A stretch of DNA of 64,000 bases, from contig JAVHQC010000022.1 of assembly GCA_036170915.1 (NCBI GenBank), positions 1-64,000 on the forward strand, written 5' to 3'. A model generated the notes under the pieces. The model saw only the letters and a program-made list of their open reading frames with translations. It was not told the origin of the DNA and did no database searches. Each line of letters starts with the position of its first letter. The first letter of the stretch is position 1. The position numbers were made by a program, and so were the translations under genes. Positions 49,783-59,260 of this stretch are shown here, in pieces. The stretch comes from Cyanobacteria bacterium auto_48_18. GTDB lineage: Bacteria > Cyanobacteriota > Vampirovibrionia > Obscuribacterales > Obscuribacteraceae.

Positions 49783-50610
49783 TTACTCTAAAAAGAAATC
49801 GCGCATCAACGCAGATTTTGAATCTGGATTGACTAGATATTGATCGAGATTATCTACACCAGCTGTTTTAAGCACGTCTACATCAATAAAGAAATTTCCG
49901 GTGCAATCGGTTGCCGGTTGATTGAAAATAAAGTAAGCGGCGTCGGCTACTATTTCGGGTTTGCGACTGCATTGCATGGCTTTTTCACCGCCAAGCAAAT
50001 TCTTCACTGCAGCGGTAGCAATTGCTGTTTCTGGCCAGAGTGAGTTGACTGCGATTTTCTTAGATTTCAGTTCTGCAGCCATTCCTAGAGTGCACATACT
50101 CATGCCGTATTTTGCCATGGTGTAAGCGACGTGCGGAGCAAACCAGCGCTTTGACATATTGAGTGGCGGAGAAAGGTTGAGAATGTGCGCGTTAGCAGCT
50201 TTCTCTAAATGTGGAATAGCTAGTTTGGAACATAAAAACGTACCGCGGGCGTTGACTTGATTCATCAAATCGTAGCGTTTCATTTCGGTCTCTAATGTGC
50301 CTGTCAGGCTAATGGCGCTGGCATTGTTGACGAGAATATCTATGCCGCCAAAGTGCGACACTGTTTGAGCGATGGCAGCTTTTATTTGTTCTTCATCACG
50401 CACATCACATTTGAGTGCCAAAGCTTTTCCGCCTGCCGCCTCAATTTCAGCCGCCGCCGAATAAATTGTGCCTGGCAATTTTTCGTGCTCTTCTACGGTT
50501 TTTGCCGCAATGGAAATACTGGCACCGTCTTGCGCAGCACGCAGAGCAATTGCCAGACCAATACCCCGGGAGGCACCGGTGATAAAAAGTACTTTTCCCT
50601 GAAGGCTCAT
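49783..50610 (-). CDS. Short-chain dehydrogenase (HSDL2-like)
   Basis: TGASRGIG, NNASAI, YTMAK, NSLWP. Confidence 0.92.
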   Translation of the reverse strand: MSLQGKVLFITGASRGIGLAIALRAAQDGASISIAAKTVEEHEKLPGTIYSAAAEIEAAGGKALALKCDVRDEEQIKAAIAQTVSHFGGIDILVNNASAISLTGTLETEMKRYDLMNQVNARGTFLCSKLAIPHLEKAANAHILNLSPPLNMSKRWFAPHVAYTMAKYGMSMCTLGMAAELKSKKIAVNSLWPETAIATAAVKNLLGGEKAMQCSRKPEIVADAAYFIFNQPATDCTGNFFIDVDVLKTAGVDNLDQYLVNPDSKSALMRDFFLE

Positions 50611-50628
50611 TTTTATTCCTAACTAATT

Positions 50629-52380
50629 TTAGTCGTCTAGATTATGCAGGCCGATTAAACTGGGCATTGACGGTCTGCCGCGCAGTATGCGCGAAACGCG
50701 CTGCACCAATTGATAAGTGGTGGGCTCAGCGTCGCCTTTGGGAAGCCTACCATTTTTTGCCAGCCAGGTGGCTCGACCCACGGCACCCTCAACCTGTTGG
50801 GGAGTCATGCCCAAGCCCTGCAGTTCAAGCTTTCCGGCAGGATTGTTGTAGGTGGTGACAAAGTCATTTAATTTGGTCACTGTTTCTACGGGCAACGGTT
50901 TTTTTGCGGCTGCTTCATAGAGATATTGACTGAGATTTTCATAACCGCGCCTGAGCCCTGCGCGAGGAATCAAATCGAGTTGACTGGTCGCTGGTCGCAA
51001 ACCATCACCAAGGTCGATATTCTTTACTGCCACTTTCCCTGGGGTTTTGTCAGCAATAAAATTGAGGGCATGGTTGTCCCATTCGCCCATAACTAAACGC
51101 TTAGCCCAGGCTTCTTGATAGCTTTCAAAAAGTGGTTTATTTTGCACAAACTCGTCAATTACTTTTTTCGGCGGCGGTTTGAAGAGTGAGCGTTGCCCGC
51201 CAGGATTCACAACTTCAAGCAAATTCTTGCCTTGCAATTCTTGTACGTAACCATGAACAGGTTTTCCGTTAACTTCAACGGTACGCGCCACTGAAACAGG
51301 CATTGAATTTTCAAGTTTGATTTTTCCGGCCAGGCCGTAGCCGGCTATTTCAGATTGCATACGTACGGCAAATGGTTCGGTGCCTGTATGCGGGCGGAAA
51401 AGCACAGGAATTTCGCCTTCAGCTGTTTTGATGGTGCCTTTTAATGTGGGGGTTTGCAAGTTGGCTACTTCGCGACCGGGTGTAAACTCGCCATCGCGCA
51501 AAGCTGCCTGCCGTGCGTCGGCAATTTTACCTAATTGAAATGGAGTGCTGCGGGCTTCAGCAACGGCATCAGGACCGTCTTTAACGTTCAGTCGCATGTG
51601 GCGCTCTGACTGCAGACCGCCCACTCGACCCGCAGCTGTAGTCACTATTCCGGAAGCGAGACCACGTTGTAAAATTAGCGGCAGATTGAATTGCTCGTCT
51701 GATTGCCACTGGCGCACAAATTCATTGCCGGTACCAGATGCGGTGCCCATGGTGCCGGCTGCGAGAGTGTGCTTGAGGGGTGTGTCAAAACGAATCGCAC
51801 CGCGGCTCTTCATGTAAGCACGACCCCAGAGGACGTCGGCGGCACCAAAAGTTAAAGCGTCTACAGCAAGATTGCCAGGATTGAAAGCAGTCTTGAGTGT
51901 AGTCGAGAGGCCATTAGTCAGGCTGTATTCACCGGTTTTAGTGACGTAATTTTCGCGGGTCAGGCCTGCTTCGGCAGTGCGACCGATTATGCCCAGCTGC
52001 ACACCGCTCATTGCCGGCGACAGGGCTCGTTTTTCCATCAGAGCAAAACTGCCTTTCAGAGCTGCGGCTTTGCCCAAGCCGAGCGTGGCATCGGTGAGCT
52101 GGTGGGCTGCAGTGTCGCCCACTTTGGCTTGATCGGCTGCGTAAGATAGAGCCAGCCCGCCCAGTGCCAGTTTGCCTTTCATAAACAGCGGAGCAGTTTT
52201 GATGAATGCCCTGCTGTAAGTGCTGATTTCGTCTTCGATGCCCGCGGCTTTGTCGCCAGAAGTGAACGTGCGCACCGTTGGCTCTATTGCCGCGCGCACT
52301 GCTACATCAAGATATGACCGCTCTAGAGCCGTGGGCTCGGCGGCTTTCGCTTGATTTTCGCTATGTTCGAATTTAGGCAT
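50629..52380 (-). CDS. Protein with Ala/Gly-rich helical N-terminal half and PI3/PI4-kinase/HipA-like C-terminal domain
   Basis: EIAGYGL, MPVSVAR, GYVQE, MGEWDNHALNF, NIDLG. Confidence 0.7.
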   Translation of the reverse strand: MPKFEHSENQAKAAEPTALERSYLDVAVRAAIEPTVRTFTSGDKAAGIEDEISTYSRAFIKTAPLFMKGKLALGGLALSYAADQAKVGDTAAHQLTDATLGLGKAAALKGSFALMEKRALSPAMSGVQLGIIGRTAEAGLTRENYVTKTGEYSLTNGLSTTLKTAFNPGNLAVDALTFGAADVLWGRAYMKSRGAIRFDTPLKHTLAAGTMGTASGTGNEFVRQWQSDEQFNLPLILQRGLASGIVTTAAGRVGGLQSERHMRLNVKDGPDAVAEARSTPFQLGKIADARQAALRDGEFTPGREVANLQTPTLKGTIKTAEGEIPVLFRPHTGTEPFAVRMQSEIAGYGLAGKIKLENSMPVSVARTVEVNGKPVHGYVQELQGKNLLEVVNPGGQRSLFKPPPKKVIDEFVQNKPLFESYQEAWAKRLVMGEWDNHALNFIADKTPGKVAVKNIDLGDGLRPATSQLDLIPRAGLRRGYENLSQYLYEAAAKKPLPVETVTKLNDFVTTYNNPAGKLELQGLGMTPQQVEGAVGRATWLAKNGRLPKGDAEPTTYQLVQRVSRILRGRPSMPSLIGLHNLDD

Positions 52381-52522
52381 GCGGGGGCTATACCAGAGCT
52401 AAAAGCTACGCCAGTATTATGCCCTCGAAAACCCAAAAACCAAACGTATGACAGCCTTCGAGAGTGCTTCAGCGAATTTCAGGCTGACACTAACGATGTC
52501 TCTCTGCAAAGCCTAAGAAATT

Positions 52523-52569
52523 TTACAACTCATAAGTTGTAATTTTTTACAACCTTTCGGTTGTAAAAA
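52523..52569. promoter_or_regulatory. Two tandem palindromes TTACAAC-N6-GTTGTAA
   Basis: Copies start at 52523 and 52547. Confidence 0.6.
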
Positions 52570-52598
52570 TCCCTAGGGTGAAGATAAGACACTCTCAG

Positions 52599-53492
52599 TC
52601 AAAGAGCGCCGCCATTTGATTCACGCACTGCTTTGTAAAACTGACTACGCCTCAGCTGATTGACAAAACTTTTGCGTAGTTCCGTCGCACTCTCATCTTG
52701 CGCGTGAAAGCGCTCCATTAACTGCCTGGCTTTATCTGCACGACCACTGAAATAAAGCTGCACTAGAGTGTGATAGAGAGGCTCCCAAGTTTTTTCACTA
52801 CTTTTTACTTTCAATTCGTCTATTAATTGGTCATCTAGTTTGACTGCATTGAGCTTCTTTATAGCCGAGAGATCGACCACAAATTTATTGCGGCGCCAAA
52901 CCATTGGCACTTTTGGAAATTCATAAACTCCAGATCGCCAGTAGCGAAAAATTGCGTCTTCGAATATCAGAATTGGTTGTGATGGCCGGTTTGAGCGCAT
53001 GGTGAGCATGTGGCCGTCACCTAAAGCAAAGTGACCAATGTGGCTGAACTTGTGATTGAGTGAGTAAATATCATAGGTGTAGCAGCAGTGCGCGCCACCA
53101 GTCCACTGGCGAACAATCAATTCGTTGATGCCGTCACCAGTTAGATCAAACAATTTGATTTTTCCATGGCCTGCAAAACCCAGATTTGGATGCTCGCTGG
53201 AAGGATCCACAAGGGCAAAGTCATGCGCGCTCTGGTCGAGCAATACGCGACCGGCACGCGTCACCACCAGCCTTTTGTGAAAGTCGTCACCTGTTCTTTC
53301 TTTGATTTGAATTGTAAATTCGTCATGGCGGCCCAAGTGAAAGGTTTGATTATTGTCGGCTGCAGCCATGGCGGCCAGCGGCGCGATTATGGCTGTAAAT
53401 GATACGGCTGTGAATAGTGTAGCTGTGAACACAGCCGCCGCGAACAAACCCACGAGTGATGCGCTTTTTGGCTGATGGTGGCCTGAGGTCAT
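52599..53492 (-). CDS. Exported hypothetical protein (WTGGAHCC motif)
   Basis: Signal-like N-terminus; DLTGDGINEL; ATGA overlap with the upstream gene. Confidence 0.75.
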   Translation of the reverse strand: MTSGHHQPKSASLVGLFAAAVFTATLFTAVSFTAIIAPLAAMAAADNNQTFHLGRHDEFTIQIKERTGDDFHKRLVVTRAGRVLLDQSAHDFALVDPSSEHPNLGFAGHGKIKLFDLTGDGINELIVRQWTGGAHCCYTYDIYSLNHKFSHIGHFALGDGHMLTMRSNRPSQPILIFEDAIFRYWRSGVYEFPKVPMVWRRNKFVVDLSAIKKLNAVKLDDQLIDELKVKSSEKTWEPLYHTLVQLYFSGRADKARQLMERFHAQDESATELRKSFVNQLRRSQFYKAVRESNGGAL

Positions 53493-54802
53493 GTTTCCGC
53501 CAGGGGCGCGTATTCTTCTTCACTTAAACCAAATGTCCAGGCCACGGCTTGTCTTGCCCGCATCATATTTGGTGGCACACGTAGAAAGTATTCTTTAATC
53601 GTTCCGTCAGGTTCTGGTGTAGAGTTTTGCACTCTCACCACAAGAATAGGCTCATCGCTGGCCAGGTTCATGCGGTATAAAATGCCGCATTGATCCTGGT
53701 GAATTTTAATAACTCGGCCTTCGCGCAAGTAATTGTCCAGGCCATATCGTTCGATCAGTACGCGGCGAATCTCAGCATTTGGTTCAGACTCGATTAAGTC
53801 AAAAGTAAGGGGTTCAGGCAACAGCACAACGTAGGCGGGCACGAGCACTCCGTGCCAGGCATAGATGCCCCAGCCATCGCGAAATTTCATGGCCATGTCG
53901 GTTTCGTTATGCAGACGACTGCGATTATCGCGGTGCAATGTCTCTGGCTTTTCGGTCAATATGCAAACATTTTCAAATGGCCACCACCAGCTGCTGGTCT
54001 TGGCTAATTCAATCAAACCGTGCAATGGTGCAGTACCTTCCACCCCAATTTGGCTGACAAAGTCATAGTAGGCGAGCCAACCGCTATCATGCTGACCAAA
54101 GCCGCCGTCCCACTTTTGCAAACCGGCAAGTACACCGGCCATGCCGGGCACCACCTGTCTGAGCGGTTCGGCAACGTAACTCCACACCTGTTGGTGCAGT
54201 GGTTTAACCAGTTCGTGATAGATTTGATCAGCAACCGCAGGCGAAAGTCTGCTGTCGATTTTTGCTTTGACCTCGCCTTCGGCCACTGCGCGAATCTGCT
54301 TGTAGACTGAGCTTCCGGCCAGTTGCCTGAGATACTTCCAGACATAAATGCCAAGATTTTCTGCGAAAAGATCCTTTACTTGTTTTTCAATGGCAATGCC
54401 ATGTTTTTCTGCAATCTTTTTTGTAGCAGCCTGGCGAATATTGCGGCGCACCGCCTGCCAGGTTTCGGGGCCAACCATTTCGCCCACAGTCTTGAGCGAT
54501 TGTTGCCAGACTTTATCCCAGACATCGACCTGTCCGGTGTTGAGCTGAGCAGGCCAATCGACGTCGCTGTAGATAAGCTTCATGGCCGTATTTCCGGCCC
54601 AGGGTGATTGCAACCAGATAAAAAGTCGCGGCGGCGCGAGACCAGCTGCGCGGTAGGCTTCTGTGGCGGCGGCTTCAGCTTGCGCGCGGTCGCTCGGGCT
54701 GGTGGAAAAACCAATTCCGCGCCACTTGATGAGGTTTTCTTCTAAAAGATGTTGATCAGCAGGAGGAAGCCAGGTGACGGGCCCACTGTCAGTCGATGAC
54801 AT
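53489..54802 (-). CDS. DUF6745-domain protein
   Basis: GQHD..WL, WWWPFENVC, RLH...GWGIYAWHGV, EPNAEIRR, NSTPEPDG..YFLRVPP...AVAWTFG; start MSSTDSG at 54802. Confidence 0.85.
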   Translation of the reverse strand: MSSTDSGPVTWLPPADQHLLEENLIKWRGIGFSTSPSDRAQAEAAATEAYRAAGLAPPRLFIWLQSPWAGNTAMKLIYSDVDWPAQLNTGQVDVWDKVWQQSLKTVGEMVGPETWQAVRRNIRQAATKKIAEKHGIAIEKQVKDLFAENLGIYVWKYLRQLAGSSVYKQIRAVAEGEVKAKIDSRLSPAVADQIYHELVKPLHQQVWSYVAEPLRQVVPGMAGVLAGLQKWDGGFGQHDSGWLAYYDFVSQIGVEGTAPLHGLIELAKTSSWWWPFENVCILTEKPETLHRDNRSRLHNETDMAMKFRDGWGIYAWHGVLVPAYVVLLPEPLTFDLIESEPNAEIRRVLIERYGLDNYLREGRVIKIHQDQCGILYRMNLASDEPILVVRVQNSTPEPDGTIKEYFLRVPPNMMRARQAVAWTFGLSEEEYAPLAET

Positions 54803-55142
54803 CTCGAGGAGGCGCCTCCGGTACATATTCTCTTTGTTGCACAACGCGATAAACGCCTTCGGGCAAGAATATTGTGCCGTGCTCTTCGTGCACCAGGTTT
54901 GCACCGCCGGGTTTTGTCACTACGTACCGTTCGCCTTTGGCGGTGAAGAATGAGGCGGTGTCAGTGCTGATGGCGTGGGCGTGTCCTGTCACTTCACCAA
55001 ATTGCAAGATGATGCGCTTCTCGCATTCTACCTCTCGCGCTTCAGCCGGCAGCCTATCAATTTTTTGTACGAGCACATCACCCTGTCTGTAAGTTTGAAA
55101 CTTGATGGTTGGGCGGTCGCCTGTGCGGGTTTTTAAAAGCAT
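54789..55142 (-). CDS. Small His-motif protein, habitual partner of DUF6745
   Basis: YRQGDV, GEVTGHAH, HEEH, YRVVQQREY. Confidence 0.85.
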   Translation of the reverse strand: MLLKTRTGDRPTIKFQTYRQGDVLVQKIDRLPAEAREVECEKRIILQFGEVTGHAHAISTDTASFFTAKGERYVVTKPGGANLVHEEHGTIFLPEGVYRVVQQREYVPEAPPRDVID

Positions 55143-55260
55143 ATGATTTCTCGACTTTAAAAATATTCGGATAAGTGAAAGTCCATTACTTTATCTGCCC
55201 AGTCAGCTTCATGCTGAAACTGTGCAATGAATCAAACGGTTAACAATTTATCGTATCAAT

Positions 55261-56313
55261 TCAACGCATTAATGCGCGAATGCCATAACGCATGGCGTGA
55301 TTGACCGTGGTGCGAGCCACTCGCGCGCCTGTACGCTTGGCTTGGGTTTTGATTGGGTGCGCTTTTGGCGTGTTTCCAATCATGGGCTGACTGGCAAGAT
55401 CTGCACCAGGTGCGATTTTGCCTGAGGCGTCGAGATATTGCTCGTGTTTGTCATAAGTTGGCTTGCCATAGTCTGAATAATGCGCCACGTCAAAGCGCTC
55501 GTAGGGCTCAAAGGGGTGAGTCGCCATGCGTTCGTGCATGACTATGTCTACTGTTTTGACATTGCGAGGCGGAGTTTCGCCGGTGGCCGGGTTTACCGCC
55601 CTTACGTTGTAGAAGAAATCGGAGGCAGGTTTTTTGGCTTCATATTTTAAATCGAAACCTTGCATGTGACTGCGTTTGCTCATGCCCGGGTCGTGTGTGG
55701 CAATATGGGCCGTTTGCAGTTTGGCAAATTGGGCTTTTTTGTCAGCCAGGCTTAATTCTGGATTGACCCAGATAGCATTGAGCTCTTTGGCCAGACCAAA
55801 TTCGTGCGCTAAATCTTCAGCGTGCCAGTAACCGGGCAAGCAGGTCAAAATTGTGCCGTCAGCGGCCAATACAAAAATCTGCAAATTATGCGGCCCGGCG
55901 CCGTTGGTTGTATCAACCGCGGTCTCATCCGGCTTATGTTTGCCTGAAGCCCCGGCATATTTCTGATTTTCGATGTTTCTGTAGCCCACGACAAAATCGT
56001 CTTTGAGCATTGAAAAAACTGGTTCTGTTGAGAGCGACACGGCCCTCAGGCTATTGCCGGCACTTCACGTACTGCCGTCAATTTTGCCCAGCATATGCAC
56101 CCAGACAATTAATTTGCCTGACCGTGACGCCTCGATTTGAGCTTTATTGAGCGATTTGTACCACTCAACCTCGCTTACGAGCTGGTGCACTCTGGCCGAA
56201 CAAACTTCGCCACTCAGCACCTGCTTAGCGGCCTGGGCTGGAGTTGCCAGCAGGGTAAGCATGGCAAGAGCTAATGTTTGGGAACTAATTTGCCGAAAAC
56301 GCTTCTGTAGCAT
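55261..56313 (-). CDS. Putative exported SelN-like thioredoxin-fold selenoprotein (Sec at codon 83, TGA 56065-56067), 350 aa
   Basis: Two ORFs in one frame separated by one TGA; context GKIDGST-U-SAGNSLR resembles SELENON [16 protein letters not shown]; SECIS-like hairpin follows. Confidence 0.8.
56031..56064 (-). promoter_or_regulatory. Candidate bacterial SECIS element
   Basis: AGUG C CGGCA AUA GCC UGAG GGC CG UGUCG CUCU immediately 3' of the UGA. Confidence 0.6.
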
Positions 56314-56566
56314 GACAGTTCTCTTGCCGGTGACTTGGAGGCTTTCACATTTTGAGTACGTGATGTGTAGACAATATCTTCTTTTAAGAGTATTGCAAAG
56401 TGAAAAAAATTGCTTTGACCGGGCGTAGTTTATCGGCTACGAACGTTTGCTGAACGGGCAAGATGATAAAGTCGAAACTATGTACCTGGGTCAAAGCGCT
56501 AAGCGCTTGCTGGACAACCTGCATGAATCATAAAATTAGTCATGCCAAAGTGAGGATCGGAGTAGT

Positions 56567-58891
56567 ATGCGTGTACTTCTAGTAGAAGACAGCTTGGTGC
56601 AAGCTGACGTCGCTCGAAGCAAGCTAGAACAAAGAGGGGTAACCGTTGAGTGTGCAAAGACACTCATGGAGGCTATCGACTTTTTGCAAAATTCTGATTT
56701 TGACGTGATTCTGTTAGACCTTTCGTTGCCTGACAGTCAAGGCGTTGAGACTTTCTACCGAGTGCGCGCCGCTGCGCCTGATATTCCAACGGTTGTTTTA
56801 ACTGGAATTGACGATCAAGACGTGGCGCTCACAGCTTTGAAAAAAGGGGCGCAAGATTATCTCGTCAAAGGCCAGGCCAGTGATGACTCTGTTTATCGCT
56901 GCCTCGGTTATGCCATCGAGCGCAACAACGTAGAACTGGCGTTAATTCGCAGTGAAAAACGTTTGCGCATCATCGTCGAAAATACTTACGACGCATTTAT
57001 TTCAATGGATTCGCACTGGCGCATTACTGATTGGAACGCGCAGGCTGAGCGCACTTTCGGATATAAAAGACAGGAGGCACTGGGGCGTCCGTTATCAATG
57101 ATTGTGCCGCAGCATTTGCGCCGCCAATACACGCGAGAAGTGGCAACCTTCTTCAAAAGTGATGAAGAAGATGATTTTTCGCGCATGCATAGCGAGCTGA
57201 TGTGCACTCACAAAGACGGTCATGAATTTCCCATTGAGATGGGAATTTTTAGAGTGAGAGTGGATAACGGTTGCGTTTACTGCGCATTTGGCCGTGACAT
57301 TACCGAACGCAGACAATTGAACGAAGAACTTGAGCGCCGCGTACAGCTGCGCACCACTGAACTGACGCGCTCAAACGAAGAACTAAAGCAATTCGCTAAA
57401 ATTGCTTCACACGATTTGCAAGAGCCACTGCGGGCGGTGCAAGGATTTGTTAATTTGCTTTCTGAGAGCACAAAGGGCCAGCTCAACAAAGACTGCGAAG
57501 AGTTCATGGAATATATTCTGGATGGCACTCATCGCATGCAGCAATTAATTCAATCTGTATTGCTGCACTCAAGCATTACCAATCATGACAATGACTTCTC
57601 GGCGGCGCCGTCGACTGATGTTGATGGAGTTATCGACGAAGTTCTTGCCAACCTCGATGCTTCGATCAAGGAAAATCATGCTACTCTCGAAGTCGATAAC
57701 TTGCCTGAGGTAGCCGTTGATCGCTCGCAGCTAATTCAGCTATTTCAGAATCTGATTAGTAACGCTATCAAATATCGTGGTGATCAACCGCCGCAAATAT
57801 TCATTACAGCCGAGCGAACTGTTGATGAATGGCTGTTTTCTGTAAGAGATAACGGCATCGGCATTGATTCAAAATATGCAGATCGAATATTTGATATGTT
57901 TGCCCGTCTGCATGGCAAGACAAAGTACAAGGGCACAGGCATGGGCCTGGCCATCTGTAAAAAGATCGTCGCATTGCACGGCGGCAGAATTTGGGTGGAG
58001 TCGGAATTAGGACAGGGGTGCATATTCCTATTTACTCTACCAGCAGCAAGAAGACCCCCGAGGAGAGCGGCCATGGATACTAATATAGAAATACTTTTGT
58101 TTGAAGATACACCTTCAGATGTGCGCCTGACGCAGGAAGCGTTGAAGCGTTCTGATCTGAAATATACGCTCCAAGTTGTTAACGACGGCGTTGAAGGGAT
58201 GGATTATCTCAATGAAGTGAAGCGGTCTGAGACCAAACGCTTGCCTGATTTGATTCTTTTAGACTTGAACATGCCACGTAAAAATGGCCACGAAGTGCTG
58301 GAAGAAATCAAAAGCGATAATCATTTGAAGGGAATTCCAGTGGTGCTTCTCACTGTGTCGCAGCGCGACGAAGACGTAATGGAAGCTTTGAAGACCAAGA
58401 TGAACTACTATCTGGCTAAGCCAATTACTTCTGCCAAGCTTTCAGTGCTTGTGAGAGCCATTTGTGAATTGCAGGCTGAAAATGCCGGCGGTGAACGTCA
58501 TCCGGTAGAAGAAGAAACGCATGTGCGGCTGGTGCTGGCAGGAAATCCACACACATCACCCACAATTTTGGCCAAGCTGGCCACTGATGCCAATGCTCGT
58601 GTACGTGCTCGAGTTGGTGAGAATCCAGAAACTCCAGAGCATTTGCTGACCAAGTTGGCTGATGATGAAGATTCTGATGTACGCCTGGGCGTTTCTGAGA
58701 ACCCAAATATTCCTGCTGCACTGCTCGAGAAATTGGCTAAAGATGCCAATGAAGATGTGCGGTTGTCCATTGCCGGAAATCACAAAGTGCCTAATACGAT
58801 TCTATCGGCCCTGGCCGAAGACCAGAACACCTTTGTGGCCGCTGGTGCAACTAAAACACTAGCTGAACTGGCAAGCGGTTCGCGGTCTTAG
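56567..58891 (+). CDS. Hybrid histidine kinase: REC-PAS-HisKA-HATPase-REC-LRV/HEAT repeats
   Basis: LLDLSLPD, ASHDLQEPLR, NLISNA, DNGIG, GMGLA, LLDLNMP, repeated LA.D...VR..V..NP.TP. Confidence 0.92.
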   Translation: MRVLLVEDSLVQADVARSKLEQRGVTVECAKTLMEAIDFLQNSDFDVILLDLSLPDSQGVETFYRVRAAAPDIPTVVLTGIDDQDVALTALKKGAQDYLVKGQASDDSVYRCLGYAIERNNVELALIRSEKRLRIIVENTYDAFISMDSHWRITDWNAQAERTFGYKRQEALGRPLSMIVPQHLRRQYTREVATFFKSDEEDDFSRMHSELMCTHKDGHEFPIEMGIFRVRVDNGCVYCAFGRDITERRQLNEELERRVQLRTTELTRSNEELKQFAKIASHDLQEPLRAVQGFVNLLSESTKGQLNKDCEEFMEYILDGTHRMQQLIQSVLLHSSITNHDNDFSAAPSTDVDGVIDEVLANLDASIKENHATLEVDNLPEVAVDRSQLIQLFQNLISNAIKYRGDQPPQIFITAERTVDEWLFSVRDNGIGIDSKYADRIFDMFARLHGKTKYKGTGMGLAICKKIVALHGGRIWVESELGQGCIFLFTLPAARRPPRRAAMDTNIEILLFEDTPSDVRLTQEALKRSDLKYTLQVVNDGVEGMDYLNEVKRSETKRLPDLILLDLNMPRKNGHEVLEEIKSDNHLKGIPVVLLTVSQRDEDVMEALKTKMNYYLAKPITSAKLSVLVRAICELQAENAGGERHPVEEETHVRLVLAGNPHTSPTILAKLATDANARVRARVGENPETPEHLLTKLADDEDSDVRLGVSENPNIPAALLEKLAKDANEDVRLSIAGNHKVPNTILSALAEDQNTFVAAGATKTLAELASGSRS

Positions 58892-58930
58892 ATTCAGGAC
58901 AAAAACTGAAACAGGTGGGTTTAATCTTTG

Positions 58931-58959
58931 AAAACTGAAGCGTGCACGTTTCAGTTTTT
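58931..58959 (+). terminator. Terminator-like hairpin
   Basis: AAAACTGAAGCG-TGCA-CGTTTCAGTTTT. Confidence 0.65.
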
Positions 58960-59260
58960 CAGAGTGCTTCCTGCAGTTGCTGCTGAAATTGTTTTCTCGT
59001 CATAAAGGCAAATTTATATTTGTCAGCTTCGCGTGAGCTGAGTAAGAAAACGAAGCGTCAAAGATTGATGCTTATATTCAAAGAGCTTCAATAAGCAAAT
59101 TATTCTTGCTAGTTTGAGGCATATCTATTTCTCTATTCACCCGAACAAAACAAACAGCAAGAAAGCCATTCAAGCCCAGCCAAGCACTATTAAGCCAAAC
59201 CAGCGGTTCGGTGGTCTTGTCTTACTTTCTAAGCCTAGTAGCAAATTAGCAAAACCAGCT

